DNA of 64,000 bases, from positions 248,001 to 312,000 of IMG/VR virus record IMGVR_UViG_3300027770_000025; one strand, written 5' to 3'. The translations under genes were made by a program, and so were the position numbers. The notes below the pieces were generated by a model. The model was not told the origin of the DNA. It saw only the letters and a list, made by a program, of their open reading frames with translations, and did not search any database. Below, in pieces: positions 20,776-29,908 of the stretch; position 1 is the first letter of the stretch, and each line of letters begins with the position of its first letter.

Positions 20776-23700
20776 TCATGGATAAAGTTGGTATGTGAAT
20801 TCGGCAACCAATAATCCGCTACCACCTATTTGTGAAGGTGGCGGAGCACTCTGAGAATTGGATACCCCCGAATCATTTACAGAAACATTTATTGGCGGGG
20901 TATTTAAAGGTAAATTACCGCTTTCATTAGGAATCGGTCTATAATAAAAATTCTGAATATTAGGATCCGCTGAATTATTTAGCTGATCTGCTAATTCCCC
21001 TATAGTCAAAGAAGCCGATCCTGGCTGTATAGTCATTCCCGTAGGAAATGGATAAAATTCGTTACCCGTGCTAATCTTTAAGAAATCACCTGGTGTTATG
21101 TTATGTAGTTCATATCCGCCAAGCCAATCGTTATTAAACTCATAATCAAACCATGTATGGGCATAGCCTTCGTCCCATCCATTATCCGTGAATATGTCCC
21201 AATTTATCTTTTTAGTCCCCCAATATTTTAAATTTGCATTGGGTAGAGCTGAACTAGATTCAGACCAATAAACGTATGTTTCGGCAGAACTAGATCCACC
21301 TGATAATCCCACAGAATCTGAAATTACAGAAATAGATCCAGTAGCTTCATATGTTAGTAATACACCATTTTGATCCGCACCTAGTTCATCGGGTGCACTG
21401 ATAACCAAAGTAACGGGATCGTTACTTGGATCCGTGCAAGAAGCAAAATAATCGGGATAGGTTCTAAGCGAATTAACAGAAGATGCTATAGCATTTACCG
21501 TTCTGTATAGGGAATCTCCAGATTCACTAGAACCTACTAATCTTCCACCTACATAGACAGAAATGCTTCCTGCCCCGGTAACATATTGGTTGGTAAATAC
21601 AGCGGAATCTACAGATAATCTGGAAGGTCCGGTTAAGCCTACTGTATTGCTCCACGAAGAACTGATTATTGTGGATACAGTAAAGGTATTATTAGATCCA
21701 GAAGGAACGGTTATTATCCATCTCCCTAGTAATTCCGGTATAGTATCAAATAAGGTTACTTCTTCGCCTGTGCTAAGATTATGTGGGGTAGCACATATCA
21801 CTGTGGCAAAACTATATTGTCCAGATATAATTAGATATGATGTTATCTCCGTTATAGCTATATTCGATTGGGTAAACGAAATATACCCAGTTGCTCCTAT
21901 AGGATCAGTGTTTACCTTAACATAAGCATCTTGTCCCTCTTCTGATTTATTTCCATAGGTAGCAAAATCTAGGATTTCGCTAGGTATGGTCTTTTCTAAA
22001 ACCTCTATCGTCTCACCCTCAGCAGGATATTCCCATATTGAATTATAATCTTCCCATCCCTTAAATACATTTCTCCATGTGTAATCCTCTACCTCTCTAT
22101 ATCTGGTCCACGCATCAATATCTATAATCTTTGGACTCACCGTTATAGCTCCATTCTTTATCGCTACTGTTTTAGCGTTAAAGGCGTCATAGACGTTGCA
22201 TGTTACCTGATAAACCCCAGTGTATGGTACAAAGTGGGCTAAGGTATAAAAGTCCAGTATAGACCCTCTAAATTGGAAATTATAAGGGCTTCCTTGTTGT
22301 GTTGCTGGTTTATTTATTATCCACTCAATATCAACCATGTTAGAGAAATCTACGTTTCTCCAGTTAAGCAAAGAATAATTCTGTATGGTTGAGAATAATG
22401 ATGCTTCGTCTGTGTTTACTGTCGTTGAGTTATCAAGGAAAACAGTATAGATCCCAGTGGAATAACTAACAGCTGTTACTTTACCGAATATGTTTGTTGG
22501 CTTGTATAAAACTCTGCTACCAACTTTAAATACAGGAATAAGAATGGATGACCAATTTATATTCAGCTCGTCCCAAGTCCATCTATCTAAAATAAGCTCC
22601 AATACTATTGGCATACCCAAAGGTGTATCGTAGATTAATCCTGTTGTTGGATCGGTATAAGCTGGTGGATCATATTTTCCATCACCTAATTCAAGCAATT
22701 CGTCATTCTGTTTAAGATCATAGAAATTAGTGATTGCATTCAATAAAGAATCATTCTGGGTAACCGTGTATAATTGCTGATTGGATAAAGGATCTATTAT
22801 ATTTCCCAAATCCGAAATCTCCGCCGGTGCAACTTCTATTATCCCATTAAGTAGGATTTTATTGGGGGAAGAATAATAATATACAGGTGATGTCTGCTGT
22901 GGTGTTACATTCCAAATTAAGCTAGGACCCCCTGAGGTAACTCCGTTATTAATTATACCTAATGGATCTATCTGGGAAAGTCCCGGATCGGTTGTTATAT
23001 AAAAATCAAATTCTGCTGTGGAAATACTAAATTCATAGGTATTACCAGCATTAATATTTAATACCGGGTTAGGTCCATTTAATCCAGTTGGTCCAGTAAG
23101 TCCAGCTATATAAAGCGCACTTCCTGTTCCCCCCGACACCTCCACGTAAGCATCAAACTTATTATAATATGAAGAAGGTGTCTGTATAGAAGTGCTTAAA
23201 GGTCTAGTAGAAAAATTTCTAAGATCCTCGATAAATCCAAAATCCGGGGTAACCTTAATGTCAGTATAAAACCCCGATTCAATATCAGGTCTTTGCATGA
23301 CATCTGTCCATGCCTTAGTATTATAAACGTTGAAATAAATACCCTCACCAGTTATATCAATGATTCTTGCATTAAGTGGTAAATAATCTCTCTTAAGCCT
23401 TTCCTTAAGGGCAAACATTTTTATAAGAACTTCCTCTTGAGTAAATTTAAAATTATCAACAACTTCAGGATACCCGTAATCTGAATCATTTCCCGTGGTT
23501 TTATTTATATCATAATATAGACCGAATAAAGAGGTTTTTTTATACGTTCTGCTAGGTAGAATTGTGGTATCAGAGGAAACATCAAGAACATATTGTCCAT
23601 CAGCATTTGGTCCATAAGTTTGAACCAATTTATATTTACCCGAATTTGGATTGTCTAAAACATCTCCTATCGAATAACTCTGGGTATATCCTCCAGATTG

Positions 23701-24966
23701 CTGTCTTTTTATCGCATTGAGGAATTGCTTATTCTGTTGTAGTGGTGATTCTAATCTTGCACTCCGGTATTGTAGGTTTAGCCAATATTCTTTTATTCTT
23801 AAATCCTGATATCCAAAGAATCTGATTGCATTGATTAGACCCTTGTAACTTCCTATGTAAGGAAATATCTCCTCTCCTGCTATTAATAACTCTTTCCTCT
23901 TATCATTTATTTCTAGGTAATTTGGAAGGGGTTCAGAAGGATCATGATCTCTTAGTATAATTGAATCGTCCTGGTAAAAAGCTCTACCCATGTTTTTTAA
24001 CATGACACTAAATCTCTCATCCTCACCGACTATTTCACCATAAAAATCCATCTCGATTATTTTCACAGGCGTGCCTGTACTAATATCCTCTATGATTAAT
24101 TTTCTCTCATAGATATTAGATGCTAAGTCAGTTGCATTAATAGCAACATTTATGGATAAAGCCTCCGAATTTATTAAAGATGTTGAAACATAACCATTAC
24201 CAGAAAGACTGTCAGTAGGACTGGCATCCACATTATAGACCAAGTTGGGATAGCTAACTATTAAAGGCTGCCCGTCACCCCCTTCAAGTTGGTCTTCTAT
24301 TTTGTATGTGAATATAATTTCAGATACGTCAGTTTCACCATAGCTATCATTATACCATCTGGATCTCCATTTACCAGCAGTAGCTCCAGTGGCTCCCGTA
24401 TGAGGGAGTCCATATTCTAGATTGCCTGAGTTATTAAGCGTCTGAACTATGAATATCTGCTGGTTCTCGTAAAGTCCGGAGGAAACCGGATCAAAATATA
24501 TGTTACCCTTAAAATATCCGCCAGGTCTGTTAGAATAAGTTGCATTAAAATAAATTTGATTATTTAGACTTATCAATCTTTGCCCATTAATAGTATCGAC
24601 TTCAAAGTTAACCCTTAAATATGTTGAATTATTTACAACAGATGATATCTTAGCTTCAAATTCCCCCTGGTTTGCTATTCTACCTTCAATGTATACATCT
24701 GCACCATTAAGTATAGCGCTGTTTATCGAATCACCCCAAGCTACAATGTTAAATCCATTTACATCAGCTATATTCAAATCGATATAAGATGGATTACTGT
24801 CCAGCTGACTAACTGATATCTGGCCCTCTGAAGAAACCGATGATGAAGTTACGTACGTAAACTTTTGATCAAGTTCACTAGGACCTGTTGCCCCAATGTA
24901 GTCAAAGTTTAGCGGACTTCCAGCCTTATCATAAAAATTAAGCCTTCTATAGAAAAATTCTGACAT
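20776..24966 (-). CDS. Large baseplate wedge-associated protein, 1396 aa
   Basis: YIGSYKGLINAIRFFGYQDLRIKEYW resembles the P2 gpI/T4 gp7-type wedge motif; lies two genes downstream of the gp6-like gene. Confidence 0.55.
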   Translation of the reverse strand: MSEFFYRRLNFYDKAGSPLNFDYIGATGPSELDQKFTYVTSSSVSSEGQISVSQLDSNPSYIDLNIADVNGFNIVAWGDSINSAILNGADVYIEGRIANQGEFEAKISSVVNNSTYLRVNFEVDTINGQRLISLNNQIYFNATYSNRPGGYFKGNIYFDPVSSGLYENQQIFIVQTLNNSGNLEYGLPHTGATGATAGKWRSRWYNDSYGETDVSEIIFTYKIEDQLEGGDGQPLIVSYPNLVYNVDASPTDSLSGNGYVSTSLINSEALSINVAINATDLASNIYERKLIIEDISTGTPVKIIEMDFYGEIVGEDERFSVMLKNMGRAFYQDDSIILRDHDPSEPLPNYLEINDKRKELLIAGEEIFPYIGSYKGLINAIRFFGYQDLRIKEYWLNLQYRSARLESPLQQNKQFLNAIKRQQSGGYTQSYSIGDVLDNPNSGKYKLVQTYGPNADGQYVLDVSSDTTILPSRTYKKTSLFGLYYDINKTTGNDSDYGYPEVVDNFKFTQEEVLIKMFALKERLKRDYLPLNARIIDITGEGIYFNVYNTKAWTDVMQRPDIESGFYTDIKVTPDFGFIEDLRNFSTRPLSTSIQTPSSYYNKFDAYVEVSGGTGSALYIAGLTGPTGLNGPNPVLNINAGNTYEFSISTAEFDFYITTDPGLSQIDPLGIINNGVTSGGPSLIWNVTPQQTSPVYYYSSPNKILLNGIIEVAPAEISDLGNIIDPLSNQQLYTVTQNDSLLNAITNFYDLKQNDELLELGDGKYDPPAYTDPTTGLIYDTPLGMPIVLELILDRWTWDELNINWSSILIPVFKVGSRVLYKPTNIFGKVTAVSYSTGIYTVFLDNSTTVNTDEASLFSTIQNYSLLNWRNVDFSNMVDIEWIINKPATQQGSPYNFQFRGSILDFYTLAHFVPYTGVYQVTCNVYDAFNAKTVAIKNGAITVSPKIIDIDAWTRYREVEDYTWRNVFKGWEDYNSIWEYPAEGETIEVLEKTIPSEILDFATYGNKSEEGQDAYVKVNTDPIGATGYISFTQSNIAITEITSYLIISGQYSFATVICATPHNLSTGEEVTLFDTIPELLGRWIITVPSGSNNTFTVSTIISSSWSNTVGLTGPSRLSVDSAVFTNQYVTGAGSISVYVGGRLVGSSESGDSLYRTVNAIASSVNSLRTYPDYFASCTDPSNDPVTLVISAPDELGADQNGVLLTYEATGSISVISDSVGLSGGSSSAETYVYWSESSSALPNANLKYWGTKKINWDIFTDNGWDEGYAHTWFDYEFNNDWLGGYELHNITPGDFLKISTGNEFYPFPTGMTIQPGSASLTIGELADQLNNSADPNIQNFYYRPIPNESGNLPLNTPPINVSVNDSGVSNSQSAPPPSQIGGSGLLVAEFTYQLYP

Positions 24967-24969
24967 ATT

Positions 24970-25500
24970 TTAAAAAACCCTTTTATTATTTTTTTTAACC
25001 GTGTAATTAATAAAATTCTTAATCTGTTTGGTCGTTTCAACTAGACCAAAAACTACCCTATTAAAATATCCGAGTATTCCCTCTTTGATCGGATCTCTAT
25101 AAAGAACGTTAGATAAAGATCTTTTTAATAACTGGTCTTTATAATCAAATCCGTTATAGAGATTGTCATTAAAGCTATCCCTTATATCATAGATATTCTG
25201 TGTGGGATCAAATTCATAGTACCTTCTTTCTACTGGAATTTTTGGCATTAATTTCATAATAGTTTTATATTGCAGCATATCAGAGCAAGGTGCATATTTA
25301 TATTCTCCTAAACCGCTAGAAAGAATTCTTCTATATCCAGAGCATCCTATATTATAAGATCTTTCGGAAGCAAGTTCTGCTGTTGGGTATAAATCCTTAG
25401 CATCGTAGAAAGTAGTGTTATTCGTTTGCGGTTTTATCCCAGCAACGGTATAGTTTATTCCTTTCTTAAGGTCCGGAAAAAATGGTGAATAGTTATCCAT
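24970..25500 (-). CDS. Hypothetical baseplate-region protein with a small two-Cys module
   Basis: ORF coupled to the gp6-like gene (TAATG overlap); contains LYPTAELASERSYNIGCSG...YAPC. Confidence 0.55.
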   Translation of the reverse strand: MDNYSPFFPDLKKGINYTVAGIKPQTNNTTFYDAKDLYPTAELASERSYNIGCSGYRRILSSGLGEYKYAPCSDMLQYKTIMKLMPKIPVERRYYEFDPTQNIYDIRDSFNDNLYNGFDYKDQLLKRSLSNVLYRDPIKEGILGYFNRVVFGLVETTKQIKNFINYTVKKNNKRVF

Positions 25501-27224
25501 TAGTTATTTTTTATAAGTTGAGATTTCATTTCAGCATTTAGAGACATGTTAAAATTCATGGGTATTATTTTAGCAATACTTACATTAAGAGCTCCAGGTT
25601 TACCCTGAATGATTCCCTGTTGATAATCTGTACCATTTCTATCGGTCCATCCTCCTCTTAAAACAACCAAGTCATTTCTACCTATTACAATATCTCCAAA
25701 TTCATTAAGTCCAACCTGGTTTTGTAACTGAGCAGCTGAAACGTTGGTTAAACTTCTAACTAGAGTTTGATTTTTTTCATTAGCTTCACCTACAAAATAG
25801 AAAGAAACCGAATCGACTCCATCAACAGATTCAACTAACGCTATTATATCAGATTTAGGAATGAAATCTCTTCTTTTTAGGTTTAGCATATACTCGGAAA
25901 TTTTCTTTCTTATAGCTTGTCTTATTGTCTCCGGATCATACCCTTCAAACATAGTAATTACCACGTTTGCAACATATCTTTTAATTCGAGGTTCAACTAT
26001 TCTAACAACAGTTGTTGCGATCATAGACCCTGAATCCTCAATAAGATTTATTATTTTATTTTTCTGGTTAGTGCTAAGTAAAAAGTCTGATACTGGAATA
26101 TCGAAATAATCCTCATTAGAAGAGATATTTAAAGTTATATCGGGAACTAAGAAAATATAAACAACGTTATCATCATCAAGATAATCATCATCAAATGTGG
26201 AAAATGCTTGAATCTGAGAGAATATACCAAGTTTATTTAGAAAAACTTCGTAATTTTGCGCATTGGCAAAAACAAAAGATCTGCTGGTCTTTGGTGCAAC
26301 CAATCTTATTAGATTTGTAGTTTCTGGATTGGTTCCGAAAGAAGGATCTATAGCATTAAGAGCATCTATATACTCATTTAGATCTACCTCAGCTCCAAAT
26401 AAATCTGTTCCGCTGGTAACCAATTTATAAGTTAGAGGTTTTTCCTTAGTGGAAATAGCGTTTCCTGATCCTCCTGATGTCTGAAGATATTCTATTCTTA
26501 TTCTCGAGCCTCTTTGCGGAACCATACCAAAATTAGAATTTCCAAAATAAACATCCAGTCCTTCCTGTATTCCCGTTCTAACAATAAATCCCTTTCCATT
26601 TAAAGGAATATCATATAATGAATCATATCTTCTCCATTTTTCCTCGTTAACATAAACATCAACATAGAACTGGTCAAGGTAAGATCCAGCGGAAGACGGA
26701 AGATTAAAACTTTGCAAAGCGTTTCCAGTTCCGGTTACTACAGAACTAATAAAATCCCCCTGTGCTACTTTAACTCTAAGCGGGCTTGGACTACCACTAA
26801 GTTGAATAGTTACCCTTGAAGATCCAAAAACTAAAGAATATAATTTACCATTTTCCTGACATCTTATTTGTGCATGGTTGTTGATTATAACCGCGCTTCC
26901 CCCTATATCTGATTGTCTTCTATTCCAGGATAATGTTACTTCACCTTGTGCAGTACTTGCTCTTCCGGGATCATAGCCGGCTATTCTAGCTAAACTCCTA
27001 ACAGAATAATCTCTAGTTGCTTGTTCTATATTTAATTCCGTTATTGAATCCTCTATAAAATACAGAATCATCTGCGAAAGGTTTTGCAAAACGAAAAGAA
27101 TCTGTCCCCAAGCAGATGCTACGGTAAAGAGATTTGTTGTTTGGTTATACGTGTCCTGCAGGAAAGAAAACGTGTCGTTTAATAGACCGTTAATAAGGAT
27201 ATTATTTTTCTTAAAAATATTCAT
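25500..27224 (-). CDS. gp6: Baseplate wedge protein, T4 gp6/baseplate J-like
   Basis: SVRSLARIAGYDPGR, VYFGNSNFGMVP, IEYLQTSGGSGN and ANAQNYE motifs typical of gp6; follows the gp25-like gene. Confidence 0.8.
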   Translation of the reverse strand: MNIFKKNNILINGLLNDTFSFLQDTYNQTTNLFTVASAWGQILFVLQNLSQMILYFIEDSITELNIEQATRDYSVRSLARIAGYDPGRASTAQGEVTLSWNRRQSDIGGSAVIINNHAQIRCQENGKLYSLVFGSSRVTIQLSGSPSPLRVKVAQGDFISSVVTGTGNALQSFNLPSSAGSYLDQFYVDVYVNEEKWRRYDSLYDIPLNGKGFIVRTGIQEGLDVYFGNSNFGMVPQRGSRIRIEYLQTSGGSGNAISTKEKPLTYKLVTSGTDLFGAEVDLNEYIDALNAIDPSFGTNPETTNLIRLVAPKTSRSFVFANAQNYEVFLNKLGIFSQIQAFSTFDDDYLDDDNVVYIFLVPDITLNISSNEDYFDIPVSDFLLSTNQKNKIINLIEDSGSMIATTVVRIVEPRIKRYVANVVITMFEGYDPETIRQAIRKKISEYMLNLKRRDFIPKSDIIALVESVDGVDSVSFYFVGEANEKNQTLVRSLTNVSAAQLQNQVGLNEFGDIVIGRNDLVVLRGGWTDRNGTDYQQGIIQGKPGALNVSIAKIIPMNFNMSLNAEMKSQLIKNN

Positions 27225-27233
27225 TTCTGTATA

Positions 27234-27605
27234 TTAGGTTATTCTTAATGTAACTAGAGGACTTAAACCCCCGTTAGCTGGTATTTTAAAATCTATAGTT
27301 GCTATGTCTCTCTCTGTTCCCTGATAAAATTTAAGGTCATAAGATCCACCTAGCTTTCTGAAAAGAGGAATATATGTTTTTAAAAACAAATCCAATTCAT
27401 TTCTAATGCTAGATTCGGAAAGATTTAAACTAAATATAAGCTCCTCCAGATTAAGTCCAAATTTAGTGTCGCCAAGTACTTCACCTTTATTAGTAAGAAG
27501 TATCATTTTTAATTGGCCAACGCAAATTTCTACCGGATCGGTTGTTTCGATCTGGTAGGGGTTGTAGCTTGGGTCTAGTGGATCCCTGTTATAAATCTCT
27601 CTCAT
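27234..27605 (-). CDS. gp25: Baseplate wedge/sheath initiator, gp25-like
   Basis: QLKMILLTNKGEVLGDTKFGLNLEELIF matches the GPW/gp25 family pattern; size and position fit. Confidence 0.8.
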   Translation of the reverse strand: MREIYNRDPLDPSYNPYQIETTDPVEICVGQLKMILLTNKGEVLGDTKFGLNLEELIFSLNLSESSIRNELDLFLKTYIPLFRKLGGSYDLKFYQGTERDIATIDFKIPANGGLSPLVTLRIT

Positions 27606-27621
27606 AGAAAATTTTTCATAT

Positions 27622-27629
27622 TATATATC
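27622..27629 (-). promoter_or_regulatory. Putative late promoter GATATATA
   Basis: Motif 16 nt upstream of the gp25-like start, just after a terminator. Confidence 0.6.
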
Positions 27630-27657
27630 TCTGGTTTTAAACACGACGAACGTAAAC

Positions 27658-27693
27658 AAAAAACCCCCAATTTATAAAAAATTAGGGGTTTTT
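27658..27693 (-). terminator. Intrinsic terminator after neck gene
   Basis: Imperfect hairpin aaacccccaattt...aaattaggggttt with a U-tract on the minus strand. Confidence 0.6.
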
Positions 27694-27708
27694 CTGTTAA
27701 TGTTTATT

Positions 27709-28485
27709 TTAATTCCACTGTAAAAAATAGGAAGGAGTGTTCTCACCATTAATCATATCCATAACTTCTTGTAATTCAGCTTCTCCTGTTGTTCTGATAT
27801 CAGAAGCGTTTATCTGAACACCACCAGGTAAATTATAGGTAAATACAGAAAGCATGTTTGCTAATGCTATTTTAGATTTAGCAATGCAATATCTAACAAA
27901 AAGCTCATCTGCAAAAAGATCATCGTCATTTAGTGCAACAAAGCATCTAACAGATACATCAGTACCACCAACCCCAAACCCCTGAGCAAGTTGGCCTTTA
28001 CCGGATCTACCAGGATCCCTACCCAGAATGGTTAATTTTTTGCTATTTTTATTCCATTTAAAAGCAAAAGTCTCTAATAAATATGCTTTAGCTAAATCGA
28101 AATATGAGTACATGACAGTACGATAAACTAGGTTATCCCCAACAAAAGGAGAAAGTAATAATTCAGATCCAAGCAATTTAGAATCACCAAAATCCCTATC
28201 TGGATTACCTGATATACCAGAGCCCCCAACTTCTCTAACATCATATATGCTAATAATTGATTCTGGTAATTTTATTTGTCTGGTTGCTCTAAATTCAGGA
28301 TGTCTGAATATTTCATTTTGTAAAATAAAAACTCTATCCTCAACAGCATATTGATAATTATCGAAAAACCATGCTTTGGCCCTTTTGATTATTCTTTTTG
28401 TTTCTTGCTGATTTAGATTATATGGAAGGGCACAGCTAAAAGAAAGTGCGTCTTCTATTTCTTGTATTAATTCTTCTTCTGTCAT
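27709..28485 (-). CDS. gp13: Neck protein, T4 gp13-like
   Basis: C-terminal YCIAKSK...NLPGGVQINASDIRTTGEAEL matches the gp13 LPGGV motif; size fits. Confidence 0.75.
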   Translation of the reverse strand: MTEEELIQEIEDALSFSCALPYNLNQQETKRIIKRAKAWFFDNYQYAVEDRVFILQNEIFRHPEFRATRQIKLPESIISIYDVREVGGSGISGNPDRDFGDSKLLGSELLLSPFVGDNLVYRTVMYSYFDLAKAYLLETFAFKWNKNSKKLTILGRDPGRSGKGQLAQGFGVGGTDVSVRCFVALNDDDLFADELFVRYCIAKSKIALANMLSVFTYNLPGGVQINASDIRTTGEAELQEVMDMINGENTPSYFLQWN

Positions 28486-28501
28486 CTTTTAGCGGTTATT
28501 T

Positions 28502-29908
28502 TTAAAAGTTCATGTTACCAAATCTTAAATTATTGTATCTATCATTTAGATCTTTTAATCTCTTATCAGTAACGAACCTTTCCTTTCTGAAATCTTCCCA
28601 GCCTTTAACTTTCAGCGTCTCCTTACTTACGTCAGCATTTTCACCAATCTCACCAGCCCTTAGAACTCCATCTTTTATCTTACAGTTAATACTTTTGCCT
28701 TCGCAATCAATAAAGCAATCTTCAAGTTCGTTTCCAAAATCAACAACGCAGTCTTTGATCTTCGAAGATGTAACTATAGTATCATTAACTATATAGCATT
28801 CCTCTATTGAGGATTTTTTTATCTTGGAGCTGTAAATATTACAGTTTTTTATTATACCATTCTTTATGTCGCAAAGGATCAAATCAATATCTTTGAGTTC
28901 CAAAGCCTCTCTACTTCTAGCGTCTTTTAATTGGCATCTTCCTGTGGTAGTGTCATAATTAAAATACCCAGAGGTAACGTTACCCTCAACGATTATATCA
29001 AATATTTTATCCCTGATAACAGACCAGTATGTTTTTATGTTCTCGTCCCATCCTTTAAGATCTACAAAAATATGGAAATCGGGGTAATTTCTAAAGAAGA
29101 AATCAGGATCACTAAAAGATCTAACAACCTTAGTATACTGATTCATCATACTCTGAAGCTTAGCAAGGTCATCTTTTGAGTATCCTGATATTCTGTGGCT
29201 AAGCAAGTCATAAAGGTAAAGAATCACATAATCTATAATCTCTCTTATGTCTTTGCTTTTCTTTTGGTAATCACGATTACCAAGATATCTAAATTCTAAA
29301 TATCCCTTGGGTATTTTTGTGAAGTTTACCCCGTAGTATTTGTCTTCTGGAACTTTAAACATTTTGGGATCAATAGTAGTTAGATTTTCGATCATAGAAA
29401 ATCTATTCCTAGGAACCACTCTTTTTATAGATTTAGCATAAACATTTTTAGATCTATCTCCAAATTTAGAATAGATGAAATTCTCATCAAATCCTAATAT
29501 AAATTTTAACTTGTCTAGATTTTCTATCCTATCCTTAACTTCTTTCCTGAACTTGTCAAAGCTAACAGAGAATTGGAATGCACATCTATCTGTCGTCCAA
29601 CCATTTTCGTCTATCCAATTAAGGACTTTAATTAATATAGTAATAGCTTCATTATAGGGTAGTGGACCAGTAATGAACTCCATCATTTTGCTCCCTCCAG
29701 AATAATCTGGTTCTAGCTTACATGTGCTGGCATCCACAACAATATTAGAGTGGTACCTTTCGGATACCACTACTTTTTTGTTTATTAGCTTGGAAAGGGA
29801 TTCAGCTGTTCTGCCCTTTAGCATATTGGTATAGAATTCAAACTCGAATCCTATTACCGAAGAGCTAAGAGCATGGAGCTTATCAAAATGTGTTCTATTA
29901 TCGCTCAT
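28502..29908 (-). CDS. Amidoligase (COOH-NH2 ligase)-like protein with C-terminal beta-helix-like repeats
   Basis: GFEFEF, EPDYSG, EFITGP, KYYGVNF and YLEFRY motifs; the usual HxH appears as QFS. Confidence 0.7.
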   Translation of the reverse strand: MSDNRTHFDKLHALSSSVIGFEFEFYTNMLKGRTAESLSKLINKKVVVSERYHSNIVVDASTCKLEPDYSGGSKMMEFITGPLPYNEAITILIKVLNWIDENGWTTDRCAFQFSVSFDKFRKEVKDRIENLDKLKFILGFDENFIYSKFGDRSKNVYAKSIKRVVPRNRFSMIENLTTIDPKMFKVPEDKYYGVNFTKIPKGYLEFRYLGNRDYQKKSKDIREIIDYVILYLYDLLSHRISGYSKDDLAKLQSMMNQYTKVVRSFSDPDFFFRNYPDFHIFVDLKGWDENIKTYWSVIRDKIFDIIVEGNVTSGYFNYDTTTGRCQLKDARSREALELKDIDLILCDIKNGIIKNCNIYSSKIKKSSIEECYIVNDTIVTSSKIKDCVVDFGNELEDCFIDCEGKSINCKIKDGVLRAGEIGENADVSKETLKVKGWEDFRKERFVTDKRLKDLNDRYNNLRFGNMNF

